From positions 32,001 through 96,000 of IMG/VR virus record IMGVR_UViG_3300045119_000370: a stretch of DNA of 64,000 bases; one strand, written 5' to 3'. Shown piece after piece: positions 9,541-19,258 of this stretch. Made by a program: the position numbers and the translations under genes. Each line of letters begins with the position of its first letter. The first letter of the stretch is position 1. The stretch is from a virus. The notes beneath the pieces are model-generated. The model worked only from the letters and a program-made list of their open reading frames with translations. It did no database searches and was not told the DNA's origin.

Positions 9541-12500
9541 TTGGTCTCGACCGAACTCTTCATCCCACCTCGTGAGCCGATGCGCGTCCTTGGTGGGCGG
9601 CATCCGCTCACCAACGAGCACCGACAGGTCGAGGTCGAGGCCGGCGCGACCATTGCCGAAGCGCTCGACATCGCGATTGCCAGCACCGGTCTCGATTGGC
9701 CACCGGAACGTTTCGTGGCTTCCGTGAACGACGTTCGGGTTCCGCGCGAGTATTGGCACCGGGTCCGCCCCAAGCCCGGCACCATGGTCATCTTTCGACC
9801 GGTGGCTTCCGGGCAGGAATCGCTGCGCACACTGTTGTTCTTGGGCATTGCGGTCGCCGCGCTGTTCATCGCGCCGTTCATCGCCGGACCAGCCATACTC
9901 GGTTTGACGGGTGCCGCTTTGAGCGCCGGCACTGCGTTGATCGGCGGCGCGATCACCATCGGTGGCGCGCTCCTTCTGAACGCGCTGATGCCGCTCAGGC
10001 CACCACAGCAGGACACCGGTCAGCCCAAGACCCTACCGATGATCTCTGGTGCATCGAACGAGGCGCGACCATGGGGATCGATCCCGGTGGTGCTTGGCCG
10101 GCACCGCATTTCGCCGATGTACGCGGCGATGCCGTACTCGTTCTTTTCCGGCAACAAGCAGTATATGAACCTGATTTTCTGCGTGGGCTACGGACCACTG
10201 CACATCGAGCCGGCCAGTTTGCGTATCGGCGACACGCCAATCACTCAGTTCGAGGAGGTCCAAAAGGAGATCGACGAGGGTCGTGACCCTCTGACTGCCG
10301 TCGAAAATATCATCACGTTGTTCCCGCGCAACGTTAATGAACTCCCGCTTGGTCAAGTTTTGAAGAGTAGCTTTCAGTGGGTCAACCGGGTCACGGGCGA
10401 CCTTACTCGCACGATCTCCATCGACGTGATCGCGGCGCAGGGCATCTGGATTTTCGACAAGAAGACCGGCAAGTACAAGGACCGGCCGGTGACCGTCAAC
10501 GTCCAGTACCGAAAATATGTCAAGGGCCAAGCGGCCAACGCAGGCTGGATTGCCCGACCCAATATCGTCTTCCACGTAAATCGTGACACGTACCGCAAAG
10601 GCGATCAGTGGAACGTGCTCCCGGCCGGCTTCTGGGAAGTGCGCTTGCGCAAGGTGACCGCTGATTATCCCGTAGGCGGCAAGGATCAGGTTGCCGACAC
10701 CATCATCTGGCAGACACTGCGTGGGTTCCAGACCGGCGTTCCGATCTACTTCCCGCAGCGGTTAGCACTGATTGGTTTGCGTGTACGTGCCACCGACCAG
10801 TTCAATGGCGTCATCAACAGCTTCAATTGCATCGCGCAGAGTTACGTCAGCCACTGGAACGGCTCGACATGGGTACCGGGCACTCTGTCATCCAACCCCG
10901 GCGACCTGTTCCTGCAAGTTTTGACCGGCCCGGCGAACGCGAGACCGCGCACGGCAGCGCAGATCGATTACGACAGCATTCAGCGCTGGGCCAAGGATTG
11001 TACCGACCGTGGCTTCACTTACAACGCCGTGATCTCCGATCAGCGGACGGTGCGTGAGGTGCTCTCTGACATCGCCGCTGCCGGTCGTGCCACCGTCGCA
11101 CTGAGAAACGGCAAGTGGGGCGTCAGCTTCGCACGCAATAGCGATGATGTTTCGTGGCACTTCACGCCACGCAACAGTTCGGGTTTGAAGTCGACGCGGA
11201 CCTACCGCGAGATGCCCCATGCCTTGCGCGTCCGCTACATCGATGGCTCGGTGAAAGGCGATTGGAAGCAGAGCGAGAACATCGTTTACAACGACACGCC
11301 TGATGGCAGTGGTCCCAATGGTCAGTACACTGCGGCTACCGCCCATCTGTACGAGACGGTCGAGTTCCCCGGCATCACCGATAAGTCGCTAGTCCACAAG
11401 TCGGCACGCTTCCAGCTGGCGCAAGCCTTGCTCAGGCCCGAGACCCATACACTTACTGCCGATATCGAGTCGCTGCGACTGGAGCGTGGCGACAAAGTTA
11501 TCCTGTCAACTGACACTCTGCTCATCGGTACTGGTTATGGTCGCGTCATCTCGGTCGATCCGATTACTCAGACTGTCGTGGTCGACAGCCGCGTCATCAT
11601 GGAGCCGGGCAAGACCTATCAGGTCAAGTTCACGATAGTCGTCGCTGGCCTCCCTCAATTCTTGACGCGCACGGTGCTCAACAGTTCGAGTGAGACCGAC
11701 GTACTTCACCTTGCTCCCTACGACGTGCCGCCCACCATGCCGGCCCCGGGAAACTTGTTCTCGTTCGGCACGACCTTACTGGTCACCAACGATTATAGAG
11801 TGCTCGACGTTCGTCCCGGTGCCGATCTCAGTGCGCAATTCATGCTGGTCGACGACGCGCCCAATATCGAGTACGAGGGCGACATCCCGGACTACGACCC
11901 CGGCATGGACGGACAGCCTAACCCGTACACCCTGACCCCGCAGAGCATAACTTTCAACGAGAGCTTTTCGGGCTACGGGTATCAGGCCAAGTCGACCGTG
12001 CAACTGACCGTGCAAATCCCGCGCGTCGGCACCATCAGGGCATTCGAGTTCCAGTCTTTGGACGTCGACAACAATGGTGACTGGACACCCTTCGCAGTCG
12101 TTAACGCACCGCTCCTGACCGCGACCAAGGACAACATGGAGCCGGGCAACTACCAGTTCCGTGTGCGTGCACTGTTTCGGGAAGATTACTCGTCCGGTCC
12201 CAACGACTTCTCCGCTTGGGTGGATCAGATCACAGGCATGGACGGCTTGTTGGTCGACATCGTGCGCGTGCACAATTTCTTCGAACTGCCGCCCGACGTC
12301 GAGAACTTCCATCTTACCATTCTCGGCGACATCATGCGCTTCGAGTGGGACGCGGTCTCTGCCTTCAATTTGGCTTACTACCGGATCAGGTACAACGCGG
12401 TCACCGACACGAGTGCATTGTGGGGTAGTTCGGTCGAACTCACTACCACGACCGCGACCAGCTTCACCACACCGACCCGGTCGGGCACTTATCTGATCAA

Positions 12501-14841
12501 GGCGGTGACCTTCGCTCAAGCCGAATCGCAGAACGAGAACGACATCGTCGTCGTCACCACGGCTGGCCCGCACGCCAATATCTTGGACACGTTCTACGAG
12601 GCCCCTTTCAGCCCGAACTTCCCCGGCACGCATCACTTCACGCAGGTGCAGGGTGGCTTGCTGCTGACGTTGACCGTCGGCACGTCGATCATAACCGCCA
12701 TCACCAGTCTCGGTCTGAACGCCAATATGAGACTTCTGCTGGAGTCCGGCACGCTCGCGTCATGGCCGGGCAGCGGTCAGAAGTGGCTCGACGAGTCGGG
12801 CAATGGCTACGACTTCTTCCTTGGTCCCGACGGCACGGTTGCGGCGGCCGGCGATCCAGCCTTTGTCGGCGCACCGGGTGATGCGACGCGCAACGCTTAC
12901 TGGAACTTCGACGGTAACGACTATTTCACATACGACGCTGTCAACGAAGCGTGGATGGACAACCTCCACATGGCCGGGGCCAAATGGTCAGCGGTGTTCT
13001 CGGTCTACATACCGACGCTCGGCGTTGACTATCATCTGGCCGGCACTGCTGGTCACGACAGTACCAAGGTCGGCTTCAATCTTTTCATCACTGGCAACCA
13101 TCTGGAGTTGGACGTTTCCAATGGTGGAGTGGGGTCTCTTGCGGCCTCCGGTTCTTTGGTGATCAACACGGTCGGTTGGCACGTTGTCGGTGTCAGTGTC
13201 GATGAGGCGGCAGGCATCGGGACGTTCATGATCGACAACGTGACCGAAGACTTCGTTGGGTACTACGACACCCCGTCGACTGCGGCCTCCGCGTACAAGA
13301 TGCAGATCGGTTCGGCAGGTAACGCGGCCTTCAAGGTGCCCAATGGCACACGCTTACGCGCGTTCGGGATTTGGGAAGGCGTGATACTGACCCCGGAGCA
13401 AATGCTCGCGCTGGCAAACATGGCGAAAGCCAGCCAGAACTACACCTTGAACCAAGGCTTCTACCAGTTCGCTCAGTACGTCGATTTGGGCAGGGTCTAC
13501 ACGTCGCGCATCACGGCTAATGTGACTGCTCACGGCATCAGTGCCGGCGATACCATGGATCACTGGACGACGCTCGCCGACGTCGCCAAACTCGATACCT
13601 CCGACCCGTCGTCATGGTCAATCGAGACGGTCTATGTCACCAGCGACGGACCCCAACCGAAGTCGATTCTGCAACTGATCACTGACCAAGGTCTGCTTAC
13701 CAATCTGAAGCTCTGTCTGGAGGCCGGCAATTCCCCGTCATGGCCCGGTACCGGTCAGAAGTGGCTCGACGAGTCCGGTGGTGGCTATGACTTCTTTCTT
13801 GGTCCCGATGCCACCGTCTCTGCAACCACTGATCCAGCCTATGTCGGCAGCTTCGCTACGCTTCAGAGGTGGAGCGGCTACTGGAACTTCAACGCCACCA
13901 GCTATTTCACATACGATAGCGTCAACGAGACGTGGATGGACGCGATCCACAAGGACAACGCCAAATTCTCGATATTGATCAGTTTGTATGTGGCCACCCT
14001 CGACAGTCTTTCACACTACCTGACTGGTGATACTAACTCGGTCACGCAAGTCGGTTTCCAGATATATATCGCCAACAACAAGCTGGTCTTTCTCACCACC
14101 AACGGCACGGCGCAGTCTTATGGGATCACGAGCAACCTGACCATCGCCGCGATTGGCTGGCACACGGTCGGGATCACCATCGACGAAGCAGCCGGTACAG
14201 GCACGTTCATACTCGATGACGCCAAGCAGGATTTTACAGGTGTGGTCTTTGCCAGCCCGTCGGCAGCGACCGCGACTTTCAAGATGCAGATTGGTGCGGC
14301 CGGCAATGCAGCCGGGATAATTCAGGCTGGCTGGCACGTCCACTCTGTTGCGATGTGGCAGGGTACGGCTTTGACCTCGTCCCAGTTGGCCGCAATCGGC
14401 TCGGCCATCCAGCACAACGACGACCTCATCTTCGGCGACACATGGCAACCGTTCTCGATCACCGACGTGACGGCGCGCGCCATCGTCTTCGGCATCCGTC
14501 TGAACGGATCGGTCGATGGCTCAGTGTCTCCCGCCGTGGTGAAGCTCAGTGTGACCGTCGACATGCCCGACCGGCACGAGGGCTATCACTTCGACAACGG
14601 CGCTGGTGGTGGTTCAGGTACGTCACCGGGCGGTTTCACCATCCTCTTCGATCCGCCGTTCAAAAAGCTGACCGACATCACCCTCGCCAATTACAATCTC
14701 AACACCACGAACGGCGCGGAGCGTTACTCGATCCTGTCGAGGGATGAAAATCACGTTACCATCATCTTCCAGAATAACAGTACGGTGCTTGATCGGTCTT
14801 TCGATCTGCACGCTTACGGTTACGGCGAAGTGGTCCCATAA
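9541..14841 (+). CDS. Central tail tip / host-specificity protein J (gpI-like N-terminus, FN3, two LamG-like inserts)
   Basis: IPVVLGRHRISP, SSNPG, FTPRNS, GTYLIKAV and DMPDR motifs; 1766 aa; TTG start. Confidence 0.88.
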   Translation: MVSTELFIPPREPMRVLGGRHPLTNEHRQVEVEAGATIAEALDIAIASTGLDWPPERFVASVNDVRVPREYWHRVRPKPGTMVIFRPVASGQESLRTLLFLGIAVAALFIAPFIAGPAILGLTGAALSAGTALIGGAITIGGALLLNALMPLRPPQQDTGQPKTLPMISGASNEARPWGSIPVVLGRHRISPMYAAMPYSFFSGNKQYMNLIFCVGYGPLHIEPASLRIGDTPITQFEEVQKEIDEGRDPLTAVENIITLFPRNVNELPLGQVLKSSFQWVNRVTGDLTRTISIDVIAAQGIWIFDKKTGKYKDRPVTVNVQYRKYVKGQAANAGWIARPNIVFHVNRDTYRKGDQWNVLPAGFWEVRLRKVTADYPVGGKDQVADTIIWQTLRGFQTGVPIYFPQRLALIGLRVRATDQFNGVINSFNCIAQSYVSHWNGSTWVPGTLSSNPGDLFLQVLTGPANARPRTAAQIDYDSIQRWAKDCTDRGFTYNAVISDQRTVREVLSDIAAAGRATVALRNGKWGVSFARNSDDVSWHFTPRNSSGLKSTRTYREMPHALRVRYIDGSVKGDWKQSENIVYNDTPDGSGPNGQYTAATAHLYETVEFPGITDKSLVHKSARFQLAQALLRPETHTLTADIESLRLERGDKVILSTDTLLIGTGYGRVISVDPITQTVVVDSRVIMEPGKTYQVKFTIVVAGLPQFLTRTVLNSSSETDVLHLAPYDVPPTMPAPGNLFSFGTTLLVTNDYRVLDVRPGADLSAQFMLVDDAPNIEYEGDIPDYDPGMDGQPNPYTLTPQSITFNESFSGYGYQAKSTVQLTVQIPRVGTIRAFEFQSLDVDNNGDWTPFAVVNAPLLTATKDNMEPGNYQFRVRALFREDYSSGPNDFSAWVDQITGMDGLLVDIVRVHNFFELPPDVENFHLTILGDIMRFEWDAVSAFNLAYYRIRYNAVTDTSALWGSSVELTTTTATSFTTPTRSGTYLIKAVTFAQAESQNENDIVVVTTAGPHANILDTFYEAPFSPNFPGTHHFTQVQGGLLLTLTVGTSIITAITSLGLNANMRLLLESGTLASWPGSGQKWLDESGNGYDFFLGPDGTVAAAGDPAFVGAPGDATRNAYWNFDGNDYFTYDAVNEAWMDNLHMAGAKWSAVFSVYIPTLGVDYHLAGTAGHDSTKVGFNLFITGNHLELDVSNGGVGSLAASGSLVINTVGWHVVGVSVDEAAGIGTFMIDNVTEDFVGYYDTPSTAASAYKMQIGSAGNAAFKVPNGTRLRAFGIWEGVILTPEQMLALANMAKASQNYTLNQGFYQFAQYVDLGRVYTSRITANVTAHGISAGDTMDHWTTLADVAKLDTSDPSSWSIETVYVTSDGPQPKSILQLITDQGLLTNLKLCLEAGNSPSWPGTGQKWLDESGGGYDFFLGPDATVSATTDPAYVGSFATLQRWSGYWNFNATSYFTYDSVNETWMDAIHKDNAKFSILISLYVATLDSLSHYLTGDTNSVTQVGFQIYIANNKLVFLTTNGTAQSYGITSNLTIAAIGWHTVGITIDEAAGTGTFILDDAKQDFTGVVFASPSAATATFKMQIGAAGNAAGIIQAGWHVHSVAMWQGTALTSSQLAAIGSAIQHNDDLIFGDTWQPFSITDVTARAIVFGIRLNGSVDGSVSPAVVKLSVTVDMPDRHEGYHFDNGAGGGSGTSPGGFTILFDPPFKKLTDITLANYNLNTTNGAERYSILSRDENHVTIIFQNNSTVLDRSFDLHAYGYGEVVP

Positions 14842-14850
14842 GGTGAAACC

Positions 14851-16038
14851 ATGGCCAGAGCAAAGCTAGGCGTAATCGATCCCGCGACCACTTCCGGCAC
14901 GGCACTGGCGGCGATGCTGAGCGACCGCGACGCTGCCGAGAACAGTGGCCACATCGCCGCCACTGGAAGGCCGGACTACGCAACGGATGGGATGCTCTAT
15001 TCCATCGGCGACGGCGTCATCCAGCCGAGATTATGGTTGGCGGTTGGGCCGGCTGGTCCCGACATCGATCTGAGCACGCTGTTCAATCCTCGGCCCGGCA
15101 CCATACGACACACTGCGGAAGTCGTCTTGCCGGATGGTTGGTTGTGGTGCGACGGTTCGACGGTGGCACGGGCTGGCGCTGGCAGCTTCCCCGCCTTGTT
15201 CGATGCTATCTGTCCACCTTTCACCGGCACGGCAAACACTGGCAGCAACGTCATCAGCGGAATCACCATCACTGGGTGGCCGGGGAAAAACTTCAATGCG
15301 TCCGGCCTCATCGGCGCAGTCGTCGAAGGCCCCGCTGGTTTGAACGGTGCAATCGTGACGGCGGTCAGCACGACCTCGATCACTGTGTCGTTGAACGCCA
15401 ACGCTACACTGCTTGGCTCGTTCCGCGTCTTCCCGCATGGCAACGGCAACGGCGGCACAACCTTCACCTTGCCCAACGCCAAGGGCCGGACGATCATCGG
15501 TCGTACCGACATGAACGGCAACGAGAACGGCTTCATCACCGTGGCTGGTTCCGGTGTCGACGGCACCAAGCTCGGGGCCGGTGGTGGCGCGCAGAACGTC
15601 ACGCTTGGCATCGCCAACGTGCCGGCACATGCTCACACCGGAGGCGTCAGCCTAAATCAAGCCTCGATAGGTTACGAGGGTGCCCATACGCACACGTTCT
15701 CGGACACGACCAGCACGACATCTGGCGCAAGCCCGGCAACCCACGTGCATGGCGCGCTCGCACCCGGTACATCTTTCATGCAGGATGTGGCTGATGGGAC
15801 CGGCAATATAACTATTGGTAGCGGTAACCGGGTCAAGTTCATCGGTTCTACTGGTGCTGGTGGTGCGCATACGCACACCGTCGCGGTCAGTGGTACGACA
15901 GCCGCTGGTACGTCGCATACTCATACATTCTCTGGCACTTTTATCTTGACAATGAACTCCGGTCCCCCAGAGGCTATTTCAACGCCGATCAATAAGCTCC
16001 CGCCTTGCATCGTTGAAAACGTGGTCATCAAAACATGA
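14851..16038 (+). CDS. Tail fibre with tail-collar domain and HxH repeats
   Basis: PDGWLWCDGS...LFDAI...FTLPNAKGR collar; repeated HTH/HAH/HVH motifs; C-terminal VIKT. Confidence 0.85.
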   Translation: MARAKLGVIDPATTSGTALAAMLSDRDAAENSGHIAATGRPDYATDGMLYSIGDGVIQPRLWLAVGPAGPDIDLSTLFNPRPGTIRHTAEVVLPDGWLWCDGSTVARAGAGSFPALFDAICPPFTGTANTGSNVISGITITGWPGKNFNASGLIGAVVEGPAGLNGAIVTAVSTTSITVSLNANATLLGSFRVFPHGNGNGGTTFTLPNAKGRTIIGRTDMNGNENGFITVAGSGVDGTKLGAGGGAQNVTLGIANVPAHAHTGGVSLNQASIGYEGAHTHTFSDTTSTTSGASPATHVHGALAPGTSFMQDVADGTGNITIGSGNRVKFIGSTGAGGAHTHTVAVSGTTAAGTSHTHTFSGTFILTMNSGPPEAISTPINKLPPCIVENVVIKT

Positions 16039-16271
16039 TTGTGAAGTTCGAGGACGAGTACGGTGTCAGCCTGTACGACTACGTGGTCCACGTCAGCAGG
16101 CTCAATGACGAGAGCACCGTTAAGATGACGCGGGCGACACTCGACCACAATCTCGTTGGCAACGAGTTCGACCATGGCAGCTTGACCATATTGAGCGACA
16201 AGGGCGTGATCATCAGTCAGTACGATCTGGGACCGAAACTGACGAGCGATCCGGGGAAGGCACCAAACTGA
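16035..16271 (+). CDS. Hypothetical protein (possible fibre-associated)
   Basis: ATGA overlap with the fibre stop. Confidence 0.5.
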   Translation: MIVKFEDEYGVSLYDYVVHVSRLNDESTVKMTRATLDHNLVGNEFDHGSLTILSDKGVIISQYDLGPKLTSDPGKAPN

Positions 16272-16626
16272 GTTGCCGCTCGAACAGTAGCTCGACCTTT
16301 TTGATACTGATTTTGGCGACTGTGCCGTGACCCTCATGGTCGACGACCGTCAGCAGATACCACTGCATGCCCGGCCAGTGCTTGTTGGCCGAGCGGAACG
16401 AGGCCCGGTTGGCGAAGAGGGCTTCGCGCCGCTTTGATGGCGATAGCTCACGCTCGTCCAAAACCAACGCCACCATGTGCGAGCCGGACTCGCGACAAGC
16501 CCAGAACACCATGTCGCCCACTTGCAACGAGGCCAGTGTCCCCTTGTCATGGATGGCAACGTCGCCTTCGTAATATTTGACAATGGGTTGGGCGATGCGG
16601 GCGACCTGAGCGTAGAGCGTGGGCAT
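16213..16626 (-). CDS. Hypothetical early protein
   Basis: GAGGGAAGG upstream and a TATAGT-like -10 at 16653-16658. Confidence 0.6.
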   Translation of the reverse strand: MPTLYAQVARIAQPIVKYYEGDVAIHDKGTLASLQVGDMVFWACRESGSHMVALVLDERELSPSKRREALFANRASFRSANKHWPGMQWYLLTVVDHEGHGTVAKISIKKVELLFERQLSLVPSPDRSSVSVPDRTD

Positions 16627-16713
16627 TGGAATCCTTCCCTCATTGACGCTTTACTATAGACCAATTATGATCTTGGTGCAGCTAGTTGCAACACTGCGAA
16701 ATGGAGATATCTC

Positions 16714-17454
16714 ATGAAGTTACCTTTTCTTGGGTTAGCGGCTATCGCCGGTCTGGGCTTACTGATGGCTCAGCCAGCGCAGGCGAACCTGATGGTCACG
16801 ATGACCGACAGCACTGGTGGCAGTTTCCACTGCGTTGATAACGGTGGGGTCTGCGACTTTTCAGGACTGGCTGACAACCTCCTGACACTCAATAACACTG
16901 TTGGAGCGTTTCAGGTCACGGGGACCATCTCGGTCTCGTCGAGTGGACTGGTCAATCTGCTGTCGCTGGTGAACTTCGGTGCCACCAACACGACAGGTGC
17001 AGCCGCCACACTGAATATGTGGGTCAGTGACACGGACTTCACTGCGCCAGTGGCGAGCATCCAAGGGTCGGCAGGCATTCTCTTCTCGAATGCAGTCGGT
17101 TCGGGACCGTCCAGTCTGGAGTTCTATGCTGACAACGGTAACGCGCAGGGTGCCAATCTGACGAACGCTCCCGGCACTTTCCTGTTCGGAGCCACGCAGA
17201 CGCCGACCACCAACCCGCAGCAATTTCTCGGCAATGACTTTGCCGCGTTCAGCGACGCCAACCTGTTCTCGATGACGCAAGTTGCGCACATCAACCTGAT
17301 CGGTGGCGGCTCGTTCACCGACTTTGGCATGAACATGCAGTCATCGCCCACCCCGATCCCCGCCGCTCTGCCGCTCTTCGCTACGGCAGTTGGTGGGTTC
17401 GGCATCTACGGACGTTGGCGGAAGCGTAAGAGCGCTGCGCTGACGCCCGCCTAA
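16714..17454 (+). CDS. Secreted protein with VPLPA-CTERM (PEP-CTERM-type) exosortase sorting signal
   Basis: Signal peptide ending AQA; Ser/Thr/Gly/Asn-rich, Lys-poor body; C-terminal TPIPAALPLF + TM helix + RWRKRK. Confidence 0.88.
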   Translation: MKLPFLGLAAIAGLGLLMAQPAQANLMVTMTDSTGGSFHCVDNGGVCDFSGLADNLLTLNNTVGAFQVTGTISVSSSGLVNLLSLVNFGATNTTGAAATLNMWVSDTDFTAPVASIQGSAGILFSNAVGSGPSSLEFYADNGNAQGANLTNAPGTFLFGATQTPTTNPQQFLGNDFAAFSDANLFSMTQVAHINLIGGGSFTDFGMNMQSSPTPIPAALPLFATAVGGFGIYGRWRKRKSAALTPA

Positions 17455-17477
17455 CTTTCTCGACTTCAAGAAGCAAG

Positions 17478-17507
17478 CAGGCGCGCCATGGTCGGCGCGC
17501 CTGTTTT
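17478..17507. terminator. Intrinsic terminator between convergent genes
   Basis: CAGGCGCGCC-N6-GGCGCGCCTG followed by TTTT. Confidence 0.75.
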
Positions 17508-17547
17508 CGTTTGGTTCTCATCGTGGGGACGGACGACCGCAAAATTT

Positions 17548-17757
17548 TTATCGTTCGTCCTTGACAGCCCTCGGCCGCACGAACCGCTTCACCGCGACGT
17601 CCTTGCTCTTGATGTCGAAGCGTGGGTCGCCATCTTGCTCGTCGTTGCCGGGGAAGTACTGACCACCCCACGTCGACACGGCGTCCTCGACGAAGTCGCG
17701 CGTGTCGGTCCACGTCATGTCGCTGTCGACCTCGACAAGGAATCGGTGCTTGGTCAT
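17548..17757 (-). CDS. Hypothetical protein
   Basis: 69 aa; overlapping operon arrangement. Confidence 0.6.
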   Translation of the reverse strand: MTKHRFLVEVDSDMTWTDTRDFVEDAVSTWGGQYFPGNDEQDGDPRFDIKSKDVAVKRFVRPRAVKDER

Positions 17758-17957
17758 GGTCCATCCTTGACAGGCATCTGGTCGATGTGACCGAGCAGCG
17801 CGTCCATGCGGTTGGCGAGGTCGCGGCGCTCGTCGCCGATCAGCGGCCGGTCTGAGTACAGGCGGGTGAGCACCTGACGCAGGCCGGCGAGGGTCTCGCT
17901 CTCGCAGTAGTACGTTTCGTACAGTGTCTCGTCGTTGGGCATGTAGTTCCCCGGCAT
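17754..17957 (-). CDS. Hypothetical protein
   Basis: MPGNYMPNDETLY...; stop/start coupling on both sides. Confidence 0.6.
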   Translation of the reverse strand: MPGNYMPNDETLYETYYCESETLAGLRQVLTRLYSDRPLIGDERRDLANRMDALLGHIDQMPVKDGP

Positions 17958-18058
17958 CAGTCTTGGTCCTTGTTGTGCATGTAGTCGATGTAGGTGAAGA
18001 TGCCGAGCGACAGGAGCACGAAGCCCGCCGCCATCGGGGCCAGCCAGTTTATGTCCAT
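17957..18058 (-). CDS. Small single-TM protein, 33 aa
   Basis: MDINWLAPMAAGFVLLSLGIFTYIDYMHNKDQD; SD GAGGTG; not in the ORF track. Confidence 0.6.
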   Translation of the reverse strand: MDINWLAPMAAGFVLLSLGIFTYIDYMHNKDQD

Positions 18059-18061
18059 GGT

Positions 18062-18574
18062 TCACCTCGCCAATGCTCGTTGACGTGTGCCGGTATCGGC
18101 GGGATTGGTGTCGTCGACGATGCGCGGGCCGTTGAAGCCGAAGGGCGCGCGCAGGCCGGGATCGTCGTAGCCCCACAGATGATACTGGTTGGCAGTGTCG
18201 ACCAGCCGTGACTCGGCCGGAAACAGTTCCATGGCTTCGCACTCCTCACCGAGCAGCTGGTTCTTGATCCGTTGCAGGTCACGCCAGTCGCGTACCGGCT
18301 TCTTGTCGATGCGCTTGATCGACAGATGCACCAGATTGACCACCACGCCACTGCCGTCCTCACGTTCGAAGTTGGTCGGCGTCTTGCGGACGGAGACCTG
18401 ATACAGCCAGTTTTTGAAGACCGGCCACGACAGTTCCTCGTCGATGGCAGCACGGACTTTCGCTTCGTCGAAGCCTTCCGGCTGGATGCGCTTAGCGTGC
18501 TCGACCAGCGCCTCGATGCGTGCATCGTTGCGGATCGGCGACGCCGGCATTAACGGATACCACTGAGCCATCAC
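18062..18574 (-). CDS. Conserved phage protein (HLSI...WxDLQxIKN...HLW family, DUF7694-like)
   Basis: HLSIKRID...WRDLQRIKNQL...AMELFPAESRLVDTANQYHLW. Confidence 0.7.
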   Translation of the reverse strand: MMAQWYPLMPASPIRNDARIEALVEHAKRIQPEGFDEAKVRAAIDEELSWPVFKNWLYQVSVRKTPTNFEREDGSGVVVNLVHLSIKRIDKKPVRDWRDLQRIKNQLLGEECEAMELFPAESRLVDTANQYHLWGYDDPGLRAPFGFNGPRIVDDTNPADTGTRQRALAR

Positions 18575-18810
18575 TCTTTCACCTCCTCGATATCACGCCA
18601 CTCGTACTCGTCACCGCCAAGCTGCCAAAGCTCTTGCAGTGTCTTGACCTCCACGGAGCGGCCCGTGGGCGAGCCGGGGACCGCGACGTAGACGTTCGTG
18701 GTGTGCCAGCGCAGCGGACCTGCCCGCTTCGCCTGATGGTCGTCCAGCATCCAGCGGACGTCGTTGTAGGACAGGAGTGGTGGAGCCTTTCTGATCCCTT
18801 CGTCAGCCAT
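18571..18810 (-). CDS. Hypothetical protein
   Basis: Coupled to both neighbours. Confidence 0.55.
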   Translation of the reverse strand: MADEGIRKAPPLLSYNDVRWMLDDHQAKRAGPLRWHTTNVYVAVPGSPTGRSVEVKTLQELWQLGGDEYEWRDIEEVKE

Positions 18811-19258
18811 CGTCGTCCTCCTCGCTTGAGGTCGACCGCTTGAAGTTGGCGAAGCGCTCGATGCGCTGGCCGATGTTGCGCAGCCCGACGAAAGCGTGGG
18901 ACCAGTTCGTGGTCAGCCGAGCCAGCTGTGAAGCGTGCTCGCGCAGCGCCGCGTTGGTCTTCATCAGGCCGGCGATCAGTTCGAGGTAGACTCCGTGCTC
19001 CTCGGCGCTGAGCGGGCGTGCCTTGACGATCTTGATCAGTTCCGGGCGGTTGCTCATCAATGCCGGGAAGAGGTCGTTGGGCACATTCAGGGCGTCAACG
19101 AAGTCGGTCCACGAGTTGAGCTTGGTGTCCTCGACCAGCCGGTCGATCTCGGCATCCATGAGTTCGGTGGCGGTTGGCTTACTCATGACACTTACTCCTT
19201 GGCGTTCCTTGATCAGCCTATGTCTGAATTCGCGGTTACGATCATCCCGTGCTGTCAC
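18803..19258 (-). CDS. Hypothetical protein
   Basis: Operonic; alternative start at MSKPT with SD AAGGAG. Confidence 0.6.
   Translation of the reverse strand: MTARDDRNREFRHRLIKERQGVSVMSKPTATELMDAEIDRLVEDTKLNSWTDFVDALNVPNDLFPALMSNRPELIKIVKARPLSAEEHGVYLELIAGLMKTNAALREHASQLARLTTNWSHAFVGLRNIGQRIERFANFKRSTSSEEDDDG

Noticed and set aside
12685-14400. Duplicated tail segment as a diversity-generating retroelement TR/VR pair
   Set aside because: Both copies are in-frame domains; differences are not adenine-specific; no reverse transcriptase in the window
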